Shown: positions 17,641 through 26,773 of the stretch, in pieces
Layout of the letters: the number at the start of each line of letters is the position of its first letter
Position numbering within the stretch: the stretch's first letter is position 1
DNA from: an uncultured Pirellula sp.
GTDB lineage: Bacteria; Planctomycetota; Planctomycetia; Pirellulales; PNKZ01
DNA length: 64,000 bases
Assembly: GCA_964633125.1 (NCBI GenBank)
Contig: CAZWDN010000001.1
Span: 2,827-66,826 of the forward strand
Direction: 5' to 3'
Translations under genes and position numbers: made by a program
Notes under the pieces: generated by a model
What the model was told of the DNA's origin: nothing
What the model saw: the letters and a program-made list of their open reading frames with translations, nothing else
Databases searched by the model: none

Positions 17641-18203
17641 TGCGCCGCGCCAAGTACTTATCGCCGCCCGCAGGAAGTCTCGTGAATTGCAGCTTCGCGA
17701 CGATGTTCTTAGCAAGCATCGTCGCGCTAGCGATTGCCTTTCCACCAAGCGGCGAAGATTCCCGTTTGCGCGCCGCCGAAGCTTCAGCCGAAAAGTTTAC
17801 CACCGAATCGCTCCGAGGCCGGGTGGTGTTTACGGCCGAAGCGATGGCTCGACGACATGGAGCCAAATCGGTTGTCGAAGCGGCGGAGCGCGGGCTGGCC
17901 CTAGAAACGCCTGATGGCCGGCTAGTGCCGCTGCTGGAGGATGTGCGCGGTCGCGCTTTTCGCGCCGACGAGCGTTTACGGCACATGAACGTGGAACTGC
18001 TGGTCCGCCGATATCCGAACACGCCGGTCGTCCAAATCGTCACTTTGTATGAAATTTCGGCCGACGGGAAGTTCGAAATCGATTACTGGTGCGACGTTTG
18101 CGCCATCGCGATGTTCGAACTCAAGACCTGCGAATGCTGCCAAGGCGACATCGAACTCCGTCGCCGTCGGGTCGTCGAAGCAAGCAAGCCGGCGAGTCCT
18201 TAG
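17640..18203 (+). CDS. Hypothetical membrane-anchored/secreted protein with C-terminal CxxC..CxCC motif
   Basis: Start at the ATG overlapping the upstream stop. It has a hydrophobic segment MFLASIVALAIAF and a C-terminal YWCDVCAIAMFELKTCECCQGD. A later start at MFLASIV is possible. Confidence 0.5.
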   Translation: MRRAKYLSPPAGSLVNCSFATMFLASIVALAIAFPPSGEDSRLRAAEASAEKFTTESLRGRVVFTAEAMARRHGAKSVVEAAERGLALETPDGRLVPLLEDVRGRAFRADERLRHMNVELLVRRYPNTPVVQIVTLYEISADGKFEIDYWCDVCAIAMFELKTCECCQGDIELRRRRVVEASKPASP

Positions 18204-18373
18204 CCGCAGGTCGGGGCATTGAGAGTTTCTCGGCGATTTGATTGTTTCGCGCCGTGTGCATCGTATAATCAGCCGCGCCACGATGAGCCCGAGCGCCGCG
18301 CGCAGCCGCAGGTCGTCGCGCGACGTTCGGTCCGTCACGATTTTTTCTCCACGTCGAACGGGAGCAAGCTCGC

Positions 18374-18985
18374 ATGACGACGTTCAACAGGTCGGACTCA
18401 CGCTCCGGATTCACCCGGCGCGACTTTCTTCGCGGCTCCGGCGCCGCGGCGGCCGCCACGGCGCTGCATGCCGACGCCGATGCACGGGGAGCGGATCAAG
18501 CCGGTCCAAAAGTCATCAGCGGCGCGACGCCCATTACGCTCAACGTGAACGGCGAAAACCGCGAGGTCGCCGTCGAGCCGCGTACGACGCTCCTCGAAGC
18601 GCTCCGCTACCAGTTGGACCTCACGGGCGCCAAGCCGGTTTGCAACGACGGCAGCAGCGGTGCGGCGACCGTGCTCGTCGACGGCAAGCCGCTGCAAGCC
18701 AACTTGCTCTTGGCGGTCGCCTGCACGGGCAAGTCCATTCGCACGGTTGAAAGCCTCGGCGGCGCATCACCCGACCCCGTGCCCGTCGCCTTCGTCGAGC
18801 ATGACGCCGAACAATGCGGCTTCTGCACGCCCGGCTTCGTCATTGCCGTGCGCGCCTTCCTCGATAAATACCCTCAGGCGACTGAAGAGGAGATTCGCGG
18901 CGGCCTCAACGGCAATATTTGCCGCTGCGGAACCTACGCCAACATCATTCAGGCCGCCATCGCGCTCGTGAAGGGAGGCAAATAA
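18374..18985 (+). CDS. Mo-hydroxylase small subunit ([2Fe-2S]-binding, PaoA/CoxS-like) with Tat signal; first cluster site degenerate
   Basis: Tat motif SGFTRRDFLRGSG. The C-terminal cluster motifs are intact (QCGFCTPGF, NICRCGTY). The N-terminal ferredoxin-type site reads VCNDGSSGAATVLVDG...QANLLLA instead of the canonical C-x4-C-x2-C..C. Confidence 0.85.
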   Translation: MTTFNRSDSRSGFTRRDFLRGSGAAAAATALHADADARGADQAGPKVISGATPITLNVNGENREVAVEPRTTLLEALRYQLDLTGAKPVCNDGSSGAATVLVDGKPLQANLLLAVACTGKSIRTVESLGGASPDPVPVAFVEHDAEQCGFCTPGFVIAVRAFLDKYPQATEEEIRGGLNGNICRCGTYANIIQAAIALVKGGK

Positions 18986-21249
18986 TGGCCGACTCGCAAT
19001 ACTTCTGGCCACCTCGCGAAGAAACCAAGTTGCTCGGCAAACGCGTTTCGCGTTTAGACGGGATGGCTAAGGCCACGGGCACGGCCAAATACACCTACGA
19101 CATCAATCTGGATAAGCAACTCATCGCCCGGGCGCTCAGTTGCCCGCACGCCCATTGCCGAGTGAAGTCGATCGATACGAGCGCCGCCGAGAAGGTGCCG
19201 GGCGTGGTGGCCGTGATGGTCTTCGACCACGCGAACCCGAACGTGCCGGTCGATCCGGCGAGCGGCAAAAAGCCCGGCGAAATCGAATGGGCAGGCGAGA
19301 TGCTCGCCGTCGTCGCGGCCGAAAGCGAAGCCGCCGCCGACGAGGGGGTTTCCCAAATTAAAGTCGACTACGAAATACTCGACGTGTTCGTCGACGTGGA
19401 AGACCTCGCGGCGGCCGAAAAAGCCGGGCGTACGTCAAAAGGGGGCGGCAAAGTTCAGACCGAGCGCGAGCCGGGAGACGACGATGATGAAGACGAATTC
19501 GTCGCCGCCGAACTACAGCGCTTGTTCAAGGCGTCGGCCCACGTCGTCGAAGGCCGCTACGGCATCGACGCCATCACGCACTGTTGCCTGGAACCGCATG
19601 GGTCGACGGTCGTCTGGAACGGCAACAAGCTGACGGCCCACCTCAGCACCCAGAACGTCTCCGGCACCGATGAAGGCTTCGCCAAGGATTTAAAAATCAC
19701 TTCCGACGACGTCGAAGTGCATTGCGATTTCATCGGCGGCGGCTTCGGCAGTAAGTTTGCTCCCGATTATTGGGGCGTCGCGGCGGCGAAGGTCGCCAAG
19801 CAGACCGGCCGTCCCGTGAAGTTCATGCTGACGCGCGAGCAGGAACTCAAAATCGCCGGCAATCGCCCCTCGGGCTACATCAACGTGAAACTCGGCGCCG
19901 ATGCCGACGGCGTCGTAAAGGTGTGGGAATCGGAGCATTGGACGAGCGGCGGCGCGACGGGCGGCGGCGTCAGCCACGGCGTGATCCCGTACGTTTTCGC
20001 GCCGGCGAACTATCGCCGCTTCGCGACCAACATCAAGTCGAACCTCGGCCCCGCTCGAGCATGGCGCGCTCCAAACCATCCGCAGGCGTGCGCCATCACG
20101 CAAACGGCCTACGACGACTTGGCCGCGAAGATGGGGGCCGACAGCTTCGACATTTTTCTGAAGAACCTCGGTACTGACGAGAAGCCCGGCGTGGCGGGCG
20201 CAAAGCCTTCGGTGTATGCCGAAGAAATGCAAGTGGCCGCGAAGCTGATGGACTGGAAGGCCAAGTGGCATCCGCACGGCAAAGGCCCCGCCCAAGGATC
20301 GATCGTCGACGGTCTCGGCATGGCGATTCATACCTGGGGCGGAGTCGCCAACGATTCGTCGGTGATGCTGAAGATTTACCCCGACGGCGGCGTGGAAACC
20401 TTCTGCGGCACGCAGGATCTCGGCACCGGCACCCGCACCTGTTGTGCGATGCTGATCGCTGAAACGTTCGGCCTGCCGGTCGACGCGATTAAGGTCAACA
20501 TCGGCAGTTCGAAGTATCCGGTCAGCGGCCCGTCAGGCGGCAGCACGACGATCGGCGGTATTGCCGAATCGCATCGCCGCGCAGGGCAGGATGCCTTAGC
20601 GAAACTCTTCCCGCTCGCGGCGAGCAAGCTTGGCGCCGACGCGGGAAGCCTCGTTGCCGCCGACGGTCGCATCGGCGTGAAAGGCGATCCGAGTAAAAGC
20701 CTTGCTTGGAAAGAGGTCTGCGCTCTCATCGGCATGCGGCCGTTGGAAATCACGGCAAGTTACAAACGCGGCAAAGAAAAAGGAGCGCTCTCCGATCAAG
20801 GGGTCGGCGGCGTGCAGATGGCCCATGTGAGCGTCGATAAGGAAACCGGCGTCGTAAAACTCAAAAAATTCGTCGCCGTGCAAGACATGGGCCTCGTCGT
20901 CAATCACAAAACGGCTGAAAGCCAGATTTACGGCGCCGTCATCATGGGCATTGCTTACGCCCTATTCGAGCAACGTCTGGCCGACCCGAAAACCGGCCTA
21001 GTACTCAACGCCGAGTTGAAAGACTACAAACTGGCGCGATTGGGAGACACCGGTGAGATCGTCGTCGAAATCTTTGAGCCCGAGCATCAACGACAACGAG
21101 GAGTGATCGGGCTCGGCGAACCGCCGGTCATTAGTCCCGGCGCGGCGATCTCCAACGCCGTTTGCAACGCCATAGGGGTCCGCGTGCCGACCTTGCCGAT
21201 GACGCCGCAACGAGTTCTAGAAGCCATGCAGAAGGCGGGGAGAGTTTAA
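18985..21249 (+). CDS. Mo-hydroxylase large subunit (molybdopterin-binding; xanthine dehydrogenase/aldehyde oxidase family, PaoC-like)
   Basis: Start at the ATG overlapping the small-subunit stop (TAATG). Motifs: a/b-hammerhead VPGVVAVM, IGGGFGSKF, and the active-site region IGLGEPPVISPGAAISNAVCNAIG. Confidence 0.85.
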   Translation: MADSQYFWPPREETKLLGKRVSRLDGMAKATGTAKYTYDINLDKQLIARALSCPHAHCRVKSIDTSAAEKVPGVVAVMVFDHANPNVPVDPASGKKPGEIEWAGEMLAVVAAESEAAADEGVSQIKVDYEILDVFVDVEDLAAAEKAGRTSKGGGKVQTEREPGDDDDEDEFVAAELQRLFKASAHVVEGRYGIDAITHCCLEPHGSTVVWNGNKLTAHLSTQNVSGTDEGFAKDLKITSDDVEVHCDFIGGGFGSKFAPDYWGVAAAKVAKQTGRPVKFMLTREQELKIAGNRPSGYINVKLGADADGVVKVWESEHWTSGGATGGGVSHGVIPYVFAPANYRRFATNIKSNLGPARAWRAPNHPQACAITQTAYDDLAAKMGADSFDIFLKNLGTDEKPGVAGAKPSVYAEEMQVAAKLMDWKAKWHPHGKGPAQGSIVDGLGMAIHTWGGVANDSSVMLKIYPDGGVETFCGTQDLGTGTRTCCAMLIAETFGLPVDAIKVNIGSSKYPVSGPSGGSTTIGGIAESHRRAGQDALAKLFPLAASKLGADAGSLVAADGRIGVKGDPSKSLAWKEVCALIGMRPLEITASYKRGKEKGALSDQGVGGVQMAHVSVDKETGVVKLKKFVAVQDMGLVVNHKTAESQIYGAVIMGIAYALFEQRLADPKTGLVLNAELKDYKLARLGDTGEIVVEIFEPEHQRQRGVIGLGEPPVISPGAAISNAVCNAIGVRVPTLPMTPQRVLEAMQKAGRV

Positions 21250-21251
21250 CC

Positions 21252-22244
21252 ATGAAGAACTTCGAATACGCAGCGCCGCGCTACGAATCGGACGTGGTCG
21301 GGCTGTTATCGCCCGAAGAGGGGCGAACGGCCGTTATCGCCGGCGGCACCGACCTAATTCCGCTGATGAAGAAGATGATCGCGGCGCCCGATCGCGTCGT
21401 CAACGTGATGGAAGTGCCGAGCCTTAAGCAGATCGAATCGCTAGCCGAAGGCGGATTGCGAATCGGCGCAGCCGTTACGCTCGATCGCCTCCTCGACAGC
21501 GACTACCTTCGCGACTACACGGCCGTCTTGCAGGCGATCCGCGGCATCAACAGCATGCAACTGCAATGTCAGGGAACTATCGGCGGCGACATTTGCCGAC
21601 GACCGCAATGCTGGTTCTTCCGCAACGGCCGCGGACTATTGACCGACGCCGGCCGACAAACGGCCGACGGCGACAACCGCTTTCACGCGATCTTCGGCAA
21701 CTCCGGCCCGGCGAAGTTCGTCAGCGCGTCCCGTATTGCCCCGGCGCTGGTCGCCCTGGGAGCTACGTTCCGCGTGATCGGCCCCGGCACGGACGACGAG
21801 ACGCTCGTACCCGCCGGTGCGTTCTTTCGCGCTCCGAAGCGCGAGGGGCAGGGAGAGAACGTATTGCTTCCGAATCAACTGCTCGCGCACATTTACTTGC
21901 CGCCCGCCCAGGGCGTATCGAGCGCTACGTACGAAGTGCGCCACGGTGCGGGACCTGAAGATCCGTTGGCCGCGGCCTCGGCGGTATTGGAGATCGTCAA
22001 CGGCGTCGTGCGCAACGCTCGCGTGGTACTCGGACATGTCGCGCCGACGCCGTGGCAGTCAGCCGAAGCGGCGGAGGCGCTCGTCGGGCGAACGATCAAT
22101 GAAGAAACGGCGGAAGCCGCCGGCCGCGCCGCCGTGGCAAGCGCCACGCCTTTGTCGAACAACGCCTACAAGGTGCAACTGGCCAAGGTTGCCGTAAAGC
22201 GAGCCGTCTTGTCGGCCGCGGGGCTTGCCACCGGCGGACACTAG
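21252..22244 (+). CDS. Mo-hydroxylase FAD-binding subunit (PaoB/CoxM-like)
   Basis: Start MKNFEYAAP, 2 nt after the large-subunit stop. FAD-binding pattern TAVIAGGTDLIPLMKK. A CO-dehydrogenase-flavoprotein-like C-terminal domain follows. Confidence 0.8.
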   Translation: MKNFEYAAPRYESDVVGLLSPEEGRTAVIAGGTDLIPLMKKMIAAPDRVVNVMEVPSLKQIESLAEGGLRIGAAVTLDRLLDSDYLRDYTAVLQAIRGINSMQLQCQGTIGGDICRRPQCWFFRNGRGLLTDAGRQTADGDNRFHAIFGNSGPAKFVSASRIAPALVALGATFRVIGPGTDDETLVPAGAFFRAPKREGQGENVLLPNQLLAHIYLPPAQGVSSATYEVRHGAGPEDPLAAASAVLEIVNGVVRNARVVLGHVAPTPWQSAEAAEALVGRTINEETAEAAGRAAVASATPLSNNAYKVQLAKVAVKRAVLSAAGLATGGH

Positions 22245-22307
22245 CGTCGCTCGTGGATCCCATCCGTGCGTGAACGTCCGTGAAACTCGCAGCTCAAGGA
22301 ATCCGTC

Positions 22308-22544
22308 ATGCCCTTCGAAAAGTATTACGATTCGCAAGTGCCGGTCGCGGAACCCGCTTGCGCACATTTGCGCAGCAAGGCGATGTACGTCACCGGGGAA
22401 CTACGCAACCCGGACCATCCTGACGAGGCCGGTAGCCAATACTGCTGGTGCAACGTGTCGCAACACGTGCTGGGGCCCGACCAGCTCGCGGTCAATCGGC
22501 CGGCGTGCATTGCCGGCCGCGCCTGCTACCAAGCGACGCATTGA
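22308..22544 (+). CDS. Small Cys-rich hypothetical protein (78 aa)
   Basis: Six Cys (PACAHLRSK, YCWCNVS, RPACIAGRACY), non-Arg-rich composition, 63 nt downstream of the FAD subunit. I think similar small proteins exist in planctomycetes, but I cannot verify this. Confidence 0.45.
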   Translation: MPFEKYYDSQVPVAEPACAHLRSKAMYVTGELRNPDHPDEAGSQYCWCNVSQHVLGPDQLAVNRPACIAGRACYQATH

Positions 22545-22744
22545 GCCCGACGCCCGTAGGAATTTGCCTCCTGATCGACGCCGGGTATTCCGGGCGGGCT
22601 TGCATGCCGAGATAACACCGCCGAAGTACATGAGGCCGACTGTGTTTGACGGCACAGACGACGCGAACGAACAATTGAGCAATGCTTCGTTACTCGCCAC
22701 TTCGCGACCAAGACAAAACTAAACGAGCTACATTCTGTCTAAAC

Positions 22745-23746
22745 TCAGGTGTTTTTCGTATTCACCGGCGTGCCGATTCCAAGTCGTCGGGCGTTTTCCA
22801 GAGCTCTTGCCGCGGCATAAAGGTCTTGGACTGCAATACCGACGGATTTGAATAAGGTAATCTCGTCGTCGCGACGACGGCCCAGGGATCGATCAAGTAC
22901 GACGGCCCCTAATTCCGTGTCGAAGTGCGATTCGTGAAGCAAGCCTTTTCGCAACGGGATCAGCAAATCACCGGCTTCCTGCAGCGCGGACATCCGGTGA
23001 TCAACCACGACGCGCGCACGGCATACCGTTGCGATGGGGATCTCGGCGACGTCAGGCTGATACGACCCTACGGCATTGATGTGCGCGCCGGCCGACACGT
23101 CACGATCCTCAAAGACCGGAACCGCGGAACTCGTAGCCGTACAGATGACATTCGCGTGACGCAGCGCTTCGGCGGGGGTACGTACCGGCTCGACGGGAAT
23201 GCCCAGTTTCTGTGATGAATCCGCGGCAAATTCTTGGGCGGCCGCGGCATTGCGTCCGTAAACTAGCGCCCGACGAATCGCACGAACGCAACAAACGGCT
23301 TCCAGTTGCGTCTGAGCTTGCACGCCCGTTCCGATAATTGCCGCCACCTCGGCCGACGGCTGCGACAGGACTTCCGTGGCCAACCCCGAGGCCGCTCCGG
23401 TTCGTATGGCCGTCAAAACGTCTGCTTCCATGACCGCCAAGGGTGATCCGGTGGTTCCGTCCGTCAAGAGTAGAGTAGCTTGAATCCGGGGAAGGCCGTG
23501 CCGACGGTTATCATCAAAAACCGAAACATTCTTGAGCGAAAAAAGCCTCGCTTCCGAAGCGTGGCACGGCATGATCAAAACAGTACCACGCGCATCCGTC
23601 GTCGCCAACTGCTGGCGCACCGGCAAGACAATTCGGCCGCGCGACAATTGAACGAACGCCTCGCGCATCGCGGCCACGGCGTCTGCCATGGGTAATGCGC
23701 GGCGAATATCGCTATCAGATAGAAACAGGAGCGGTTGATTGCTCAT
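22745..23746 (-). CDS. Ornithine cyclodeaminase / mu-crystallin family protein
   Basis: 333 aa. The N-terminal region is LSDSDIRRALPMADAVAAMREAF, the Rossmann motif is VAAIIGTGVQAQTQLEAV, and the length is typical of the family. Confidence 0.8.
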   Translation of the reverse strand: MSNQPLLFLSDSDIRRALPMADAVAAMREAFVQLSRGRIVLPVRQQLATTDARGTVLIMPCHASEARLFSLKNVSVFDDNRRHGLPRIQATLLLTDGTTGSPLAVMEADVLTAIRTGAASGLATEVLSQPSAEVAAIIGTGVQAQTQLEAVCCVRAIRRALVYGRNAAAAQEFAADSSQKLGIPVEPVRTPAEALRHANVICTATSSAVPVFEDRDVSAGAHINAVGSYQPDVAEIPIATVCRARVVVDHRMSALQEAGDLLIPLRKGLLHESHFDTELGAVVLDRSLGRRRDDEITLFKSVGIAVQDLYAAARALENARRLGIGTPVNTKNT

Positions 23747-23822
23747 GGAGCGGCCGGAATTCTCCCTGGGGCTACGCCCGCGAATGACTTGAGATCGTCC
23801 CCGAGCATTGCGCTAGCGACAA

Positions 23823-26681
23823 TCAAGGGCTCGACGACGCATTAGGCTCGGCCAACTTCACAATCTCTTCGGGCATCAGCGCTCGATCATAAAGGCGAAC
23901 GTCGAACATGCGGCCGCGAAAATCGTCGTTCATGCCGCGGCCGATGTAGAGTGGGCTATCGAGATCGAGGTCGAATCGCTTTGCGTCGAAAGACTCCGAT
24001 CGCGCGACTTCGCGCCCGTCGACATAAAGCGTTAGTACGTTGCGCTTCTTGATCGCCGCAATATGATGCAGTTTGTCCGGGAATTCTTGCTCCCAGGCGA
24101 CGCCGGCACCGGCTTGAAATGCGTAGACGCGACCGGAAGGAAGCGTGCTGCAGAATAGCCGGCCTTGGTGTTCGGCCATCGTCCAAGCGCGACGATATTT
24201 CACGTCCGGCGTCGTGTCCAATCGCGTCAAACGGCTCCAAGCGGCTTCTCCGTCGTATTCGTACGTTTCAGCCAAGGGAAGCGTCCCGCCGATCAAGCGT
24301 CCGTTGTGTACGATCATGCCCATCACTTCGAGTTCGGCCCCTAATCGCCCGACGTCGGTCCACCGTCCGACGTCGTCGAAGCGATAAACGCGACCGCTGG
24401 GCCAGGTGCCGACGAACAACTTTCGCCGATAAACGGCGAAGGAATAGGTTTGCGTATTGTCGCCGAGCAGGCCGCAATCGGTCCACGTTTCTCCATCGAA
24501 CCGATAAACGCGGCCGCCGTCGTAGCTCGAAGCATACAAATGACCGTCGAAGACGCTCAAAGCCTCGACGCGCTTCCCGTCGGGCGCCGCTAGTGCGGTC
24601 CAGCGGTCCTTCGGCTCGTAGCGATAAAAGGCGGCCGGCTTGTAGAGCGACGAGGCATAGAGGCGACCGCGAAACTCGACAAGTCCGCCGACGGCTTCGG
24701 CGCCGTCGAGTCGACCACAATTCGTCCAGGTCGTTCCCCCTTCGTAACGAAAGATCCCGCCCCCTAGATTGGCGTTCTCCGATTCGGCGAGCGCCGATCC
24801 GGCGACACGATACTTCCCCGTGCCTGCATAGAGCCGCCCTGCGTGAACGGCAAGCGCCGTGACGGCGTTCGCCGCGTCGGGAGCGCCGCAATCGACCCAC
24901 CGCCGGTCGCCCGCGTAGCGATATACGCGTCCGCTCCGATCCTTGGCGGGTTCGCAAGTGCCGGCATAGAGTGCGCCATCGTGAACCGCGAGCGCGAAAG
25001 CGAGCAAAGCATCGCCGGGACGCCCACAATCCGTCCACTGCGATGAAACGTCGTCGTCAATGCCGAACTGCAAGTGTCTCTGATTCGCCTGACTGAACGT
25101 TACGCCGGCGCTGCTTTTCAACGACAACTGGAAGCCGCGCTTTCGCTTCAAGTCGTAGCAGCTGAGAAGATCGCCGGGCAAGTCGTCCGCATTACTTGGC
25201 GATTCGACCTGCAGCGAAATGCTGAAATCTCCCTTGCCGAACTTCGGTGCGACGGCTGCAGGCACCTCAAGATAAGAATCGCGGCCGGTGAATCGGGCCG
25301 ACCCGCGGGGAACAACGCCGCTCGGCTCGGTCGCAAACTCCACCCCGTGCGTTTGCGCGTGGCGTTGCTTTCCCGAAACATCACGCCCGTCTTGCTCCAA
25401 CGGCCAATGGGCGACCAATCCGTCGTCGAGGCGGCGATTCGCCTCCCGTCCTCGGCCGACGGACTCCGCGCCTTTCCAATCTCCGCGCAACCAATCCGAG
25501 AACAACTCCGCTGCGGGCGAAGAATCGCCTCTCTTGCGATCGACGAGATGCAAATGCTGTGCGCGCACCAACCGGCGAACAAGGTCGTCGCGAGGATGCG
25601 TCGTCTGCGGCGAGGCGACGGAAGGATGGACGACGAGACAATCCCATTCTTGTAAGCCGAAGCTGAGCGACCAATTCATAACCCAGGCGAACGAACGCAC
25701 AAACTGTTCGTCGTCGACGGTCGTCGCTTCGCGCGGAACGGCGAGCAGCACCAAGTCGGGCTTCATTGAGCGCACCTTGGACTTTGCCGCCTCCTCGATC
25801 TGCGGCGACGTTTTGCCGGTGACGTCCCATGATGTTACCTCGACCGCGGCCTGCGGAAACCGCGAGCGTAAAGCGTCAGTAATCAGTTTGTCGTACGGCG
25901 GCATCGCCAACACGCGTACGGGCTTTCCCGCGCGTAACAGGCTCCAGGTTTTTGCAAGCGCCGGCGTCGGCGGATCCACGTCGTCGAGCGAGATTTGTCG
26001 CCCGGAGATGCACTGACAAAGCTGTTCGGCCAGATGTTTATGGCCTGCCATGTTCGGGTGGATCTCGTCGCTCATCGTCAGCCGCCAAGCGAAGGGATCA
26101 CGCTTGCGGGCGGCCTCGCCCGCCGCATAGAAATCGCAGACCGGTACCTTTAGCTCGCTTCCCACGGATCGGATCGTTTCGCAATATTCCTCTAAGCGAG
26201 CAATCGGCCGGGCCGTCGTTTCGATTACGGCATTGGGCGTACACAACAACACGCCGCTGCCGGCGGAACGACAACGACGCACTAGCTCGACGAGGTTGTC
26301 GCGAAACCTGGCGGCGGGAATCCGAGCGACGTCGTTCAGCCCGAAGCAGATCGTAACCAAGTTCGGACGCTTGCCGAGGGCGTCGCGGTCGAGGCGATCC
26401 AAACCGTTTTGCGTCGTATTACCGCTGATTCCCGCATTGACGACTGTAATCGGCTGTTGCGGATAAAGTTGCTGGAGAGCGATCGCAAGCATTTCGGAAT
26501 ACGCTCGCTGCCCGCCGGTGTGGTAGTACACGCCGGTGACGCTATCGCCGAGGCAGACGATCTTGATCTCTTCTTTTCCCAAGCCGGGCAACAGGCCCGC
26601 CGGTTCCGCGGCATCGGCGAAGCACGAGCGGCTTAAGCTGAAGAGCGTGAAAGTGAATAGCGTCAGAAGATCGCGAATCAT
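23823..26681 (-). CDS. Secreted SGNH/GDSL hydrolase fused to a repeat (beta-propeller-like) region and LamG/concanavalin-type domain
   Basis: 952 aa with a signal peptide. SGNH blocks: CLGDSVTG, GISGNTT, FGLNDV and DEIHPNMAGH. The central region has about 7 repeats ending G(R)VYR(Y/F). The C-terminal LamG pattern is LTLYVDGREVA..LYIGRG..FRGRMFDVRLYDRALMPEEI. Confidence 0.7.
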   Translation of the reverse strand: MIRDLLTLFTFTLFSLSRSCFADAAEPAGLLPGLGKEEIKIVCLGDSVTGVYYHTGGQRAYSEMLAIALQQLYPQQPITVVNAGISGNTTQNGLDRLDRDALGKRPNLVTICFGLNDVARIPAARFRDNLVELVRRCRSAGSGVLLCTPNAVIETTARPIARLEEYCETIRSVGSELKVPVCDFYAAGEAARKRDPFAWRLTMSDEIHPNMAGHKHLAEQLCQCISGRQISLDDVDPPTPALAKTWSLLRAGKPVRVLAMPPYDKLITDALRSRFPQAAVEVTSWDVTGKTSPQIEEAAKSKVRSMKPDLVLLAVPREATTVDDEQFVRSFAWVMNWSLSFGLQEWDCLVVHPSVASPQTTHPRDDLVRRLVRAQHLHLVDRKRGDSSPAAELFSDWLRGDWKGAESVGRGREANRRLDDGLVAHWPLEQDGRDVSGKQRHAQTHGVEFATEPSGVVPRGSARFTGRDSYLEVPAAVAPKFGKGDFSISLQVESPSNADDLPGDLLSCYDLKRKRGFQLSLKSSAGVTFSQANQRHLQFGIDDDVSSQWTDCGRPGDALLAFALAVHDGALYAGTCEPAKDRSGRVYRYAGDRRWVDCGAPDAANAVTALAVHAGRLYAGTGKYRVAGSALAESENANLGGGIFRYEGGTTWTNCGRLDGAEAVGGLVEFRGRLYASSLYKPAAFYRYEPKDRWTALAAPDGKRVEALSVFDGHLYASSYDGGRVYRFDGETWTDCGLLGDNTQTYSFAVYRRKLFVGTWPSGRVYRFDDVGRWTDVGRLGAELEVMGMIVHNGRLIGGTLPLAETYEYDGEAAWSRLTRLDTTPDVKYRRAWTMAEHQGRLFCSTLPSGRVYAFQAGAGVAWEQEFPDKLHHIAAIKKRNVLTLYVDGREVARSESFDAKRFDLDLDSPLYIGRGMNDDFRGRMFDVRLYDRALMPEEIVKLAEPNASSSP

Positions 26682-26773
26682 GAGCGGGCCTCGGTGGTGA
26701 TCAAATCGGCGGGAATGCTAAGCGAGGGAGGCGAGCAGATCACAACAAGTCCCGCGACACGACGAGTAGGAAC

